The notes under the pieces were generated by a model. It was given only the letters and a program-made list of their open reading frames with translations. It was not told the origin of the DNA and ran no database searches. Positions 1 through 8,159 of a stretch of DNA of 64,000 nucleotides are shown here, piece after piece. The stretch is from an uncultured bacterium (GTDB lineage: Bacteria > Desulfobacterota > Desulfobaccia > Desulfobaccales > 0-14-0-80-60-11), in assembly GCA_937943575.1 (NCBI GenBank), contig CALEAV010000008.1:76062-140061 (forward strand), read 5' to 3'. Position numbers and translations under genes: made by a program. Numbering within the stretch: the stretch's first letter is position 1; every line of letters starts with the position of its first letter.

Positions 1-1447
1 GGAGAGCAATGGGGCCCTGATGGCGCACCGCGGTGTAGAGCATGTGCCGCAGCTCATCTTCGTCCTTGGGGGCCATGAGCACTAAATTGGGGATGTGCCT
101 CAGATATGAAAGGTCAAAGAGGCCCTGATGGGTCTCGCCGTCCTCCCCCACGATGCCGCCCCGGTCCAGGGCGAAGACCACCGGCAGGTTCTGGAGGCAG
201 ACATCGTGCAGCACCTGATCGTAGGCCCGCTGCAGGAAGGTGGAGTAGATGGCCACCACCGGCCGCAGGCCCTCCACCGCCAGGCCGGCGGCGAAGGTGA
301 CGGCGTGCTGTTCACAGATGCCCACATCGAAGAAGCGCTCCGGGAACTTGGCCCGGAAGTCCACCAGGCCGGTGCCGTCGGGCATGGCCGCGGTGATGGC
401 CACCAGCCGGGGGTCGGCCTCCGCCAGGCGGACCAGGGTGTCGCCGAAGATCTCGGTGTAGGAGGGGATCTCCCCCAGGCTCTTTTTGGCCACCCCGGTG
501 TCGGGGTCGAATTTCCCCAGGCCGTGGAAGCCGGTGGGGTCGTTCTCCGCCGGCGGATAGCCCTTGCCCTTCTTGGTGAGGACATGCACCAGGACCGGGC
601 CGTCCAGGTTCTTGACGTTGTTGAGGGTCTCGATGAGGTGGTCCAGGCGGTGGCCGTTCACCGGCCCCAGATAGGTGAACTTCAGGGCCTCAAAGAGCAT
701 GCCCGGGGTGAAGAAGGCCTTCATGGCGTCCTCGCTCTTCTTGGCCAGGGCGCGGAGGTCGTCGCCGATGCCGGGCAGCGCCCCCAGGAGCTGCTCCACC
801 CGTTTTTTCAGGAACACCATGGTGCGGCCGGTGAGCTTGCGGCTGAAGAAGGAGGACATGGCCCCCACGTTGGGGGCAATGGACATGCCGTTGTCATTCA
901 GGATGACGATGAGGTCCTTGTGCAGGTCGCCGGCGTTGTTGAGGCCCTCCAGGGCCAGGCCGGCGGTGAGCGCCCCGTCGCCGATGACCGCGATGACCCG
1001 GCCCCGCTCCTTTTTCAGGCAGCGGGCCGAGGCCATGCCCAGGGCGGCGGAGATGGAGGTGGAGCTGTGCCCGGTGTCGAAGGCGTCGTAAATGCTTTCC
1101 GCCCGCTTGGGGAAGCCGCTGATGCCCCCGTACTGGCGCAAAGTGTGAAACTGCTCCTGGCGGCCGGTGAGCAGTTTGTGGGCATAGGCCTGGTGGCCCA
1201 CATCCCAGACGATCTTGTCCCGGGGGGCGTCAAAGACGTAGTGCAACGCCAGGGTGAGCTCCACCACCCCCAGGCTGGGGGCCAGGTGGCCGCCGGTTTT
1301 GGAGACGGTGCTGATGATGGTCTCCCGGATCTCCTGGGCCACCTGGGGCAGCTGCTCAAAGGACAGCTTCTTCAGGTCGGCGGGGCTGGAGATGGTGCTG
1401 AGCAGACGCCGTCTCTTCTCTCCCGGGGACTTCAGGTGCTCTTCCAA
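1..1447 (-). CDS. dxs: 1-deoxy-D-xylulose-5-phosphate synthase (N-terminal ~480 codons; gene runs off the left edge)
   Basis: Hand translation of the minus strand from TTG at 1447 (GGAGG 8 nt upstream): (M)[88 protein letters not shown]. This is a typical DXS N-terminus with the TPP-binding GDG..N motif. It is absent from the ORF track because there is no stop inside the window. Confidence 0.9.
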   Translation of the reverse strand, partial: MEEHLKSPGEKRRRLLSTISSPADLKKLSFEQLPQVAQEIRETIISTVSKTGGHLAPSLGVVELTLALHYVFDAPRDKIVWDVGHQAYAHKLLTGRQEQFHTLRQYGGISGFPKRAESIYDAFDTGHSSTSISAALGMASARCLKKERGRVIAVIGDGALTAGLALEGLNNAGDLHKDLIVILNDNGMSIAPNVGAMSSFFSRKLTGRTMVFLKKRVEQLLGALPGIGDDLRALAKKSEDAMKAFFTPGMLFEALKFTYLGPVNGHRLDHLIETLNNVKNLDGPVLVHVLTKKGKGYPPAENDPTGFHGLGKFDPDTGVAKKSLGEIPSYTEIFGDTLVRLAEADPRLVAITAAMPDGTGLVDFRAKFPERFFDVGICEQHAVTFAAGLAVEGLRPVVAIYSTFLQRAYDQVLHDVCLQNLPVVFALDRGGIVGEDGETHQGLFDLSYLRHIPNLVLMAPKDEDELRHMLYTAVRHQGPIAL

Positions 1448-1460
1448 GGCTCATACCTCC

Positions 1461-2351
1461 TTAGCTGCGGCGCACCAGGAGATAGCGGCCGATGGCCCGC
1501 AGGGGCTCGGCTCGTTCGCCCAGGTCCGCCAGGCCTGCAATGGCCTGCTCCATGAGGGTGTGCGCCCACTGGCGGGCGGTTTCCCGCCCCAGCAGGGCCG
1601 GGTAGGTGGCTTTACGGCGCTTCTCGTCCTGGCCGGGGGTCTTGCCCATCTCCGCCGCCTCCCCCTCCACGTCCAATAAATCATCGGTAATCTGGAAGAC
1701 CAAGCCGAATTTTTCCCCGAAGTCGGTGAGACAGGTGAGCTGCTGGCGGCTGGCGCCCCCCACCAGGGCCCCGGCCCTGAGGGCGGCGGTGAGGAGGGCC
1801 CCGGTCTTCAGCCGGTGGATAGTCTCCAGCTCCTTGAGGGTAACCGGGCGGCCCTCGGCCATCAGGTCCAGCATCTGGCCGCCCACCATGCCCTGATAAC
1901 CCGCGGCCCGGCCGAGGAGCTCGATGATCTCCAGGAGCACCGCCTCCCGGCCTTCAAAGCGGGGGGCGGCCTCGGCCAGGAGGCGGAAGGCCTCGGTGAG
2001 GAGGCCGTCCCCGGCCAGAATGGCGGTGGCCTCGTCGAACTGCCGGTGGCAGGTGGGCCGCCCCCGGCGCAGGTCGTCGTCATCCATGGCCGGCAGATCG
2101 TCATGGATGAGGGAGTAGGTGTGGATCATCTCCAGGGCGCAGGCCACCGGCAGGGCCTCGGTGGGATCGGCCCCCACCGCCTCGCAGGCGGCGAGGCACA
2201 GGATGGGCCGCAGGCGCTTGCCGCCGGCCATGAGGCTGTAGTGCATGGCCTCCACCACCCGGAAGGCCGGCCCCCGCACCCGGGGGAGATGGGCCTCCAG
2301 GGCCCGGTTTACCAGTTGGCGCCGCTCTTCCAGATAAGCTTTGAGGTCCAC
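1461..2351 (-). CDS. ispA: Farnesyl/geranyl diphosphate synthase (polyprenyl synthetase)
   Basis: 296 aa ORF. Both Asp-rich motifs are present (LIHDDLPAMDDDDLRRG and FQITDDLLD). It sits in the conserved xseB-ispA-dxs order. Confidence 0.9.
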   Translation of the reverse strand: MDLKAYLEERRQLVNRALEAHLPRVRGPAFRVVEAMHYSLMAGGKRLRPILCLAACEAVGADPTEALPVACALEMIHTYSLIHDDLPAMDDDDLRRGRPTCHRQFDEATAILAGDGLLTEAFRLLAEAAPRFEGREAVLLEIIELLGRAAGYQGMVGGQMLDLMAEGRPVTLKELETIHRLKTGALLTAALRAGALVGGASRQQLTCLTDFGEKFGLVFQITDDLLDVEGEAAEMGKTPGQDEKRRKATYPALLGRETARQWAHTLMEQAIAGLADLGERAEPLRAIGRYLLVRRS

Positions 2352-2376
2352 AGGCGTTCCCAGGCGGTGATGTGGC

Positions 2377-2419
2377 GGGAGAGGGGGCTTGGGAACCGGG
2401 AGACCCTGCCCCCTCTCCC
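2377..2419. repeat. Perfect 12-bp-stem inverted repeat GGGAGAGGGGGC-N19-GCCCCCTCTCCC in the xseB-ispA spacer
   Basis: Read directly: left arm 2377-2388, right arm 2408-2419. Related arms recur at 21304-21340 and 56654-56696. Confidence 0.7.
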
Positions 2420-2566
2420 ATCCCCTCCCCCCAGCCCTTTATCTTACCAGGAAATCGAGGGCAGTCGGAACAATCCCGGCTCAAAAAGCGACGGCAGAGC
2501 CCCCAGGCCGGTCATTCCACCCGCCCCCGGAAGATTTTCCCCCAGGCGTGTCATCGGGCCTGCGCT

Positions 2567-2827
2567 TCAGCTCCCGCCCTCCCCCTCCTCTTCGGGGAAG
2601 GGTTTGGTGAAGAAATTGCCGCCGGCGTCCTTGAGGAGGAGCTCCACCCGGCGCTCCACTTCGTCCAGCCGGGCGTGGCAGAAGCGCACGAGCTGCACCC
2701 CCTCCTCGAAGGCCTGCAGCGAATCCTCCAGATTGAGGTTGCCGTGCTCCAGGGCCTCCAGCACCTCCTCCAGGCGCTGGAGGGCCTCTTCGAAGGTCAT
2801 TTTTGGCTCTGCTGGGATAGTCATCAT
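2567..2827 (-). CDS. xseB: Exodeoxyribonuclease VII small subunit
   Basis: ..MTFEEALQRLEEVLEALEHGNLNLEDSLQAFEEGVQLVRFCHARLDEVERRVELLL matches the XseB helical hairpin. I chose the start ATG at 2827 because it overlaps the upstream stop (ATGA). The longest ORF starts at 2845. Confidence 0.85.
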   Translation of the reverse strand: MMTIPAEPKMTFEEALQRLEEVLEALEHGNLNLEDSLQAFEEGVQLVRFCHARLDEVERRVELLLKDAGGNFFTKPFPEEEGEGGS

Positions 2828-3666
2828 GCCGGCAATTGCGGCCACAGCAGGGCCGCAGAGAGGAGAATCAGCAAGATCCGCGCCTGGTGGGTTTTGACAT
2901 CCACTCTTTCGTGGGCCAGGATGTTGCGCTGTCTGCGGATCAGATGGGCCAGATGCACCGCCTCTTCCGGGAGAATCTCCGCATCCCGGGCCATGCTGAT
3001 CAAATCATAGAGGCCAACGGTTCTGTCAGAGATCGAAAGAGACTGTCGGAGGCGGTTTTCCAGAAATTTGGCAATTTCAATGGGAGCATTGTTATCTATT
3101 TTTAATTGCTCCATGAATTTGGCAAATTTTGCATTCCCTGAGGAAGTTATAATTATTCCTTTTAAATCATTTAATAAATCTCCATCAGTCTGTTTCTGCA
3201 TCCTTAATTTATCTAAAACCTGTTCATATTTATTCTGGTATTCCGCCAACTGTTCCTCTGTTCTCCGAAGAGCAATTTTTAAACTTTCATTCTCAGAAAT
3301 TATGGCTTCATTGCTCTGTTGTCTTGTTTCAGAGATCATGTTCAGCAGGTTTTTCTTCTCCTCCAGCTCCTTTTCCAGATTCTGGATTTTTTCCTTCAGA
3401 ACCTGGTTTTCCTCCCGCAGGGCCGCCACAGGATCCCCTGCAGCGGGCAGAGATGGCCGGGTGATCTCCACGGAGACCAGTTCATCTCCGAATTCCGCCG
3501 TGATGGAATCGTAATGTTTGGCCGTCCGGGGGTAAACCCAGCATTTCTCTTCCGTATTCCACCGGTAATTGGGAATGGCCTTGGCCCGTTCCTTCTGGTC
3601 AAAAGGAATTTTCAGGTAGTATTCCGTTTCTGACTCCCAGGCGGCGAATCGCGGCCGTCCCGTCAT
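2824..3666 (-). CDS. Hypothetical protein: DUF5710-like N-terminus, central coiled coil, DUF4145/HEPN-like C-terminus with Rx4H motif
   Basis: 280 aa ORF. N-terminus EYYLKIPFDQKERAKAIPNYRWNTEEKCWVYP fits the YL.vPF.eK..AK..ga.W....K.W.vP pattern. The middle ~80 residues are E/K/Q/L-rich heptad-like. C-terminus LYDLISMARDAEILPEEAVHLAHLIRRQRNILAHE carries RNILAH at nt 2911-2928. The gene is AT-rich: 16/60 G+C in 3121-3180 versus 48/60 in 3721-3780 (hand counts). Confidence 0.6.
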   Translation of the reverse strand: MTGRPRFAAWESETEYYLKIPFDQKERAKAIPNYRWNTEEKCWVYPRTAKHYDSITAEFGDELVSVEITRPSLPAAGDPVAALREENQVLKEKIQNLEKELEEKKNLLNMISETRQQSNEAIISENESLKIALRRTEEQLAEYQNKYEQVLDKLRMQKQTDGDLLNDLKGIIITSSGNAKFAKFMEQLKIDNNAPIEIAKFLENRLRQSLSISDRTVGLYDLISMARDAEILPEEAVHLAHLIRRQRNILAHERVDVKTHQARILLILLSAALLWPQLPA

Positions 3667-3670
3667 CTTC

Positions 3671-5056
3671 TCACCCTCCGTCTCTCTCTCCCGGCCCGCC
3701 CCTCCCTGCCTCCACCCGGCAGTCCATCCGGCCCCTGGCCACCCGCACCCGGATGGCGCTCCCGGGAGGGGCCTGGGCCGGGTCCCGGATGATCACCCCC
3801 TCCGGCAGGGTGGTGGCCACTGCATAGCCCCGGTTCAGGATGGCCAGGGGGTCCAGCTTCTGCAGATGCTCCCGGGCCACCAGGAGGTGCCGCCGGCGCT
3901 CGCTCAGGGCCCGCTGCCAGGCCCGGAAAAGCTCCTGGCCGGCGGACCTGAGACGCTGGCGCTCGGCCGTCAGCCTCTTCCCGGGGCTCAGGAGCACCAG
4001 CCGGGAGCATCCCAGCCGGAGCTCCTGGCGCCGAGCCTCGAGAAGGCGCCCCAGGCGCCGGGTCAGGGCCTCCCCCCGCTCATCCACCCTCAGGCGCAGC
4101 TCGGTGAGCCGCCGCCTGAGGTCTGGCAGCCGCCGGGTCATCTGGGCCAGATGCCGGCGTTCGGCGCTGAGGTGCCGGCGCCAGGCCCGGAGGAGGGACC
4201 CCGCCAGCCGGGCGATCCTCCCCTGCAGCTCCGCCTTGTCCGGCAGCACCACCGCCACCGCGTGGCTGGGGGTGGCGGCCCTGACATCGGCCACAAAATC
4301 GCTGATGGTGAAATCCACCTCATGACCCACCGCCGAGACCACCGGGATGGGGCAGCGGGCGATGGCCCGGGCCACGATCTCCTCGTTGAAGGGCCACAGG
4401 TCCTCCAGGGAGCCGCCCCCCCGGGCCAGGATGATGACCTCCACCCCCGGCACGGCCGGCAGCTCCTCTACGGCCCGGGCGATCTCCCCCGCCGCCTCGG
4501 CCCCCTGCACCTTCACCGGGCAGATGAGCACCTCCACATTGGGGAAGCGTTGGCGCTGAAGCCGGAGGAAATCCCTCACCACCGCGCCGGTGGGGGAGGT
4601 GACCAGGGCCAGGCGCCGGGGCAAAAAGGGCAGAGGTTTTTTACGGGCGGGGTCGAAGAGGCCCTCCGCCGCCAGCCGCTGTTTCAGGGCCTCAAAGGCC
4701 TGGGCCAGGGCCCCCAGCCCCAGGGGCTCCAGGTAATCCAGAACCAGCTGATACTCCCCCCGCTGCTCGTAGACCGTGAGCCTCCCCCGGCAGAGCACCT
4801 GCATGCCTTCCTCAGGCTTGTAGCGCAGGTGCTGATGGCTGCCCTTGAAGAACACCGCCCGGATCTGGGCGCCCTCGTCCTTCAGGGTGAAGTAATAATG
4901 ACCCGAGGGCGGCTGTCTCAGGTTGGAGACCTCACCGCTCACCCACACCAAGGGAAAGCGGGGCTCCAGGGCCTCCCGGATGGCCCGGGTCAGGGCGCTC
5001 ACCGTGTAGACAGGGGGGTAGTCCTCGGGCATCTCGTCGTTGTGAATATATACCAT
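3671..5056 (-). CDS. xseA: Exodeoxyribonuclease VII large subunit
   Basis: 461 aa. N-terminal OB-fold region YTVSALTRAIREALEPRFPLVWVSGEVSNLRQPPSGHYYFTLKDEGAQIRAVFF is typical of XseA, and a long C-terminal helical region follows. Confidence 0.9.
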   Translation of the reverse strand: MVYIHNDEMPEDYPPVYTVSALTRAIREALEPRFPLVWVSGEVSNLRQPPSGHYYFTLKDEGAQIRAVFFKGSHQHLRYKPEEGMQVLCRGRLTVYEQRGEYQLVLDYLEPLGLGALAQAFEALKQRLAAEGLFDPARKKPLPFLPRRLALVTSPTGAVVRDFLRLQRQRFPNVEVLICPVKVQGAEAAGEIARAVEELPAVPGVEVIILARGGGSLEDLWPFNEEIVARAIARCPIPVVSAVGHEVDFTISDFVADVRAATPSHAVAVVLPDKAELQGRIARLAGSLLRAWRRHLSAERRHLAQMTRRLPDLRRRLTELRLRVDERGEALTRRLGRLLEARRQELRLGCSRLVLLSPGKRLTAERQRLRSAGQELFRAWQRALSERRRHLLVAREHLQKLDPLAILNRGYAVATTLPEGVIIRDPAQAPPGSAIRVRVARGRMDCRVEAGRGGPGERDGG

Positions 5057-5305
5057 ATTCCCCTTGCAGCCTCACTTTTTTCTCCGGCAGGGGCCGGCGC
5101 CGGTGGGAATTGATATTTTCGTTCTTATCTTTGTCTAAAGAGGTAAAGGCTCGCAGGTGCCACCGGGGCATGGTGGGGCCACAAACCGGGGGAGTGCCCC
5201 CCTCCCTGCGGATCCGGAGCCACGGTGGCAACGGGCGTGAGGCGGGCGTCCTTTCCGGGGACCGGCTGCCACGTCCCCGGCTATTCTGTGCAGGGGGTGC
5301 AGGCG

Positions 5306-6778
5306 ATGACCTCCCGACGCAAATGGTTCAGGTGGCTGGCCCTCCTCATGGTCGTGGGGCTGTGGCTGGGCGGCGCCGGCGCCGCCCAAGCCGGCCATGA
5401 GGACGCGGCGCTCTTCTATGAAGAGCTGGCCCGATACGGCAACTGGGTGGAGTACGGCACCTACGGCCCCGTCTGGTACCCCACCCGGGTGACGGAGAAC
5501 TGGCGTCCGTATCTGGACGGCCGCTGGGTGCCCACCCAAGGGGGCTGGGTCTTTGAGACCAGCGAACCCTGGGGCTGGGCGGTGTACCATTACGGCAACT
5601 GGATGCCCACGGAGGAATACGGCTGGGTCTGGGTGCCGGGGCGCACCTGGTATCCCAGCACCGTGGCTTGGCGCAGCAGTGACGAATACATCGGTTGGGC
5701 CCCCATCCCGCCTCCGGGGTATGTGCCGCCCCCGCCGTACTATCCCCCCGGCGGCTACTACCCGGGGATCCCGGTCCTGGACCTGATCACCGCACCGTTT
5801 TGGATCTTCGCCCAGGCGGTGAATTTTCTCCTGGGCTTCGGGCTGCCCTATGGGCCCACCTACTCGTATTACAACTGCGGCTGCTTGGTGCCCTTTACCC
5901 TGTATCCCACCATTTACCCCCGGACCTTCTGGATCACGGAGTATTACTATCCGGCCTATGCGCCCGGGGCCTACTTTTTCTTTGGGCCGTCTTTCCCCTA
6001 TGTCTCCCGGGTCTGCCGGGTGCCCTTGGTGCGCATTACCAACTACGTGCGGGAAGTGAATATCATCACCTACCGCAACGTGCTGCCGCCGCAACAGGTA
6101 TGGGAACGGCGCCCGTATATCCGGGAGGTGCTGCCGGCTGCCGTCCGGGAGGGGCGCCTAGAGGTGCGCCGGCGGGCGGAGCTCAGGCCGCCGGAGCGGC
6201 TGGCCCGCCCGGATGTCATCCCCCGGCCCCGGGAGCTGCCGGTACTGCCGAAAATCGAGCGGGTGATGCCCCCGGCCCGGGTGGCGCCGGAAGTGACCCG
6301 GCCCGAACCCCCCACCCGCCTCCGCCCCCGGGAGGGCCCGCCCCCGGAGGTGACCCGGCCGCCCGTGGAGCGAGGGCCGGTGGTGCCGGAGCGCCTGCGG
6401 CCCCGGGAGGGGCGGCCCCCGGAGGTGAGCCCGCCCGCCGCGCCGCCGCAGCGCCTGCGTCCGGAGGTGCCGGAGCGCCGGGGTCTGCGCCTGCCGCCCC
6501 AGGCAGTCCCGGAAGAGCGGCAAATCCGCCAGCAGCGGGAGCGGGACCGGCGCCTGGAGCGCAGCTTCCCGCCGGAGCAGCAGCGCCAGTTCCGGCAACA
6601 GGAGCGTGAGCTGAGGCGCCAGGAGATCTTCCGGCCCAGCCGGCCGGCCGCGCCGCCGCCCCGGCTGGAGCAGCCCCGGACCCCGCCCCGGCAGCCTCCG
6701 CCTCCAGCCCCGGAGCGCCGGGCCCCCCGGGGGGATGGCCGCCCTGAGGGCTTTCCCGGCCGGCCCGTCGGCCGCTAA
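5306..6778 (+). CDS. Secreted YXWGXW-repeat (DUF6600-like) protein with Pro/Arg/Glu-rich tail
   Basis: Start moved to the ATG at 5306, ahead of a signal-like MTSRRKWFRWLALLMVVGLWLGGAGAAQA. Trp-rich repeats: YGNWVEYGTYGPVWYP, GRWVPTQGGWVFE, PWGWAVYHYGNWMPTEEYGWVWVPG. The C-terminal half is low complexity. Confidence 0.65.
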   Translation: MTSRRKWFRWLALLMVVGLWLGGAGAAQAGHEDAALFYEELARYGNWVEYGTYGPVWYPTRVTENWRPYLDGRWVPTQGGWVFETSEPWGWAVYHYGNWMPTEEYGWVWVPGRTWYPSTVAWRSSDEYIGWAPIPPPGYVPPPPYYPPGGYYPGIPVLDLITAPFWIFAQAVNFLLGFGLPYGPTYSYYNCGCLVPFTLYPTIYPRTFWITEYYYPAYAPGAYFFFGPSFPYVSRVCRVPLVRITNYVREVNIITYRNVLPPQQVWERRPYIREVLPAAVREGRLEVRRRAELRPPERLARPDVIPRPRELPVLPKIERVMPPARVAPEVTRPEPPTRLRPREGPPPEVTRPPVERGPVVPERLRPREGRPPEVSPPAAPPQRLRPEVPERRGLRLPPQAVPEERQIRQQRERDRRLERSFPPEQQRQFRQQERELRRQEIFRPSRPAAPPPRLEQPRTPPRQPPPPAPERRAPRGDGRPEGFPGRPVGR

Positions 6779-7016
6779 GGGGATAAGGTGAGGGGCCGGG
6801 GCCCGCGGCCTCTGGCCGGTCCCCTGCGCCCCTCCCCATCTTCTGAGAAGGAGGGGCAGGGAGGGGCCGGAAAGGCATCCCCGGCCCTCCCTCCGCGTGT
6901 GGGCCGATGACTTGAGGCGGCGCTCAAGGCGGCGATTTCACTTCTCCCGCCCGGATGCCGACAAGTTGTCAAGGGGGGGGTGCCCCCCCGCTTCCAGCGC
7001 CCTCAGGGAGACAATC

Positions 7017-7184
7017 ATGAAGAAGGTGCGTGAATTTTTGCAGAAACTCGGCATCCTGCGGGTGGGGGGCCGGGCGGCGGTTTACACCGACGCCCGGGAG
7101 CGGCCCCTGGAGTTTTCCCGGGACGAGATGGACCCCACCCCGCCGCCGTCCCCTCCCTCCCCGGATCGCCAACCGGGCAGCTGA
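7017..7184 (+). CDS. Small hypothetical protein (55 aa)
   Basis: ATG at 7017 preceded by GGGAGA. MKKVREFLQKLGILRVGGRAAVYTDARERPLEFSRDEMDP.. No recognisable family. It could be spurious. Confidence 0.25.
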   Translation: MKKVREFLQKLGILRVGGRAAVYTDARERPLEFSRDEMDPTPPPSPPSPDRQPGS

Positions 7185-7579
7185 GCCGCCCCCGGCCCCG
7201 GCGGCCTCACACCCTCCCGGCGTCGGCGCCCCCAGAGAGGGGAAATTCCCGGCACCCTGGCTCCTGAAAGAGCTCCCTCAGACGGACCTGAGGGCCGGCA
7301 GCCGGGAGATATCCGGCCCTTGGGGAACAGGGTCCCGACCCGGAAAGCCACCCGGTGGCCGAGGGGATCACCCCCTGCATGGCGGCCGGCCAACGCCGGC
7401 TTCTCACCTTCCTGGCGTGAAAAGGCGACGGCTCCACCGCCTGGGGCTGCCGGCTCCCCCCCGGCCTTGATCTTGTCCCGGACAAAAAGACCACAAGGCG
7501 GCAGCTCGGGAAGAAAGCAACCGCCAGCTGGGTCTGTTCCCGGGGAGGTCCCTGCCTGGCCGGCCCGCACCAGCCTGGC

Positions 7580-7788
7580 GTTGTCCCCACGCACGTGGGG
7601 GTGAACCGGTGGCCGGTCTTGGTCGGGTGCGCTACATCGGGTTGTCCCCACGCACCTGGGGGTGAACCGTAGTAGCGCAGGTTCTCGATCACCGGCTCGT
7701 CGTTGTCCCCACGCACCTGGGGGTGAACCGTGAGGCCGCTTCCCGGGCCCGTGATGCGCCAGTTTTTCCCCACGCCCGGGGGGAACCG
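7580..7788 (+). CRISPR. Orphan type I-E-like CRISPR mini-array: 3 full repeats, 1 degenerate terminal repeat, 3 spacers
   Basis: 29-nt repeats GTTGTCCCCACGCAC(G/C)TGGGGGTGAACCG at 7580-7608, 7641-7669 and 7702-7730. Degenerate repeat GTTTTTCCCCACGCCCGGGGGGAACCG at about 7762-7788. Unique 32-nt spacers at 7609-7640, 7670-7701 and 7731-7761/2. The 61-nt period and the ..AACCG 3' end are as in I-E repeats. Confidence 0.85.
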
Positions 7789-8082
7789 CCAGGGTGATAT
7801 CCCCGGGCCTGCTCTGGCCCAAGAACCCCTTCCCGGCGGTCCTCCCGGGGCTTCGCACCGTCTGCCCCGGCCCTGCCGACCCCCTGGGCTTCTGGTCATC
7901 AAAGAACCCATGGCGTGGCGTGAGTCTCCCCCAAAGGAGGCGAGAGGGCAGGGCGGGGGAAGGCGGCTCTTTTGGCTTCCTCACCCCCAGCGTCCCTTCC
8001 CGGGAGAAGACTCCCATGGCGTTTGTCTTCCGCCCGGCAGCGATGCTCTCCCCCTTTGGCGGATTTTTAACTTATTTTTTTC

Positions 8083-8110
8083 TTGAAAAAGTTTTGTAGA
8101 TAAGTAAATT
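8083..8110 (+). promoter_or_regulatory. Putative sigma-70 promoter (TTGAAA-16-TAAATT) in an AT-rich stretch upstream of the cytochrome gene
   Basis: TTGAAA at 8083-8088 and TAAATT at 8105-8110. The surrounding 8060-8150 is conspicuously AT-rich in a GC-rich genome. Confidence 0.4.
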
Positions 8111-8159
8111 AGAGAAAAATTCTTTATAAAGAATAAATCCGTAGAAGGGGGGTCAAAGG

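Noticed and set aside
1452-1454. ATG at 1454 as the dxs start codon.
   Set aside because: Hand translation from this ATG hits a TGA after about 32 codons. The DXS frame is offset and starts at the TTG at 1447, with GGAGG correctly spaced upstream.
128-1555. 475-aa plus-strand ORF overlapping dxs, and similar very long ORFs such as 13550-16732 (-), 18716-20653 (-), 22978-24927 (-), 35243-37399 (+), 37228-39585 (+), 58219-60048 (-) and 62556-63725 (-).
   Set aside because: All lie antisense to genes with clear, motif-bearing products. Their translations are low-complexity G/A/P/R/H-rich strings with no recognisable domains. This is the usual shadow-ORF artefact of high-GC DNA.
7480-7579. Additional degenerate CRISPR repeats upstream of 7580 or downstream of 7788.
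   Set aside because: No further copies of the CCCCACGCA..GTGAACCG core could be found by eye on either side. The array is limited to 4 repeats.
7082-8017. 311-aa and 234-aa minus-strand ORFs, and 94-146-aa plus-strand ORFs, spanning 7030-8100.
   Set aside because: They run straight through the CRISPR repeats and spacers and have no RBS or domain signal, so they are artefacts.
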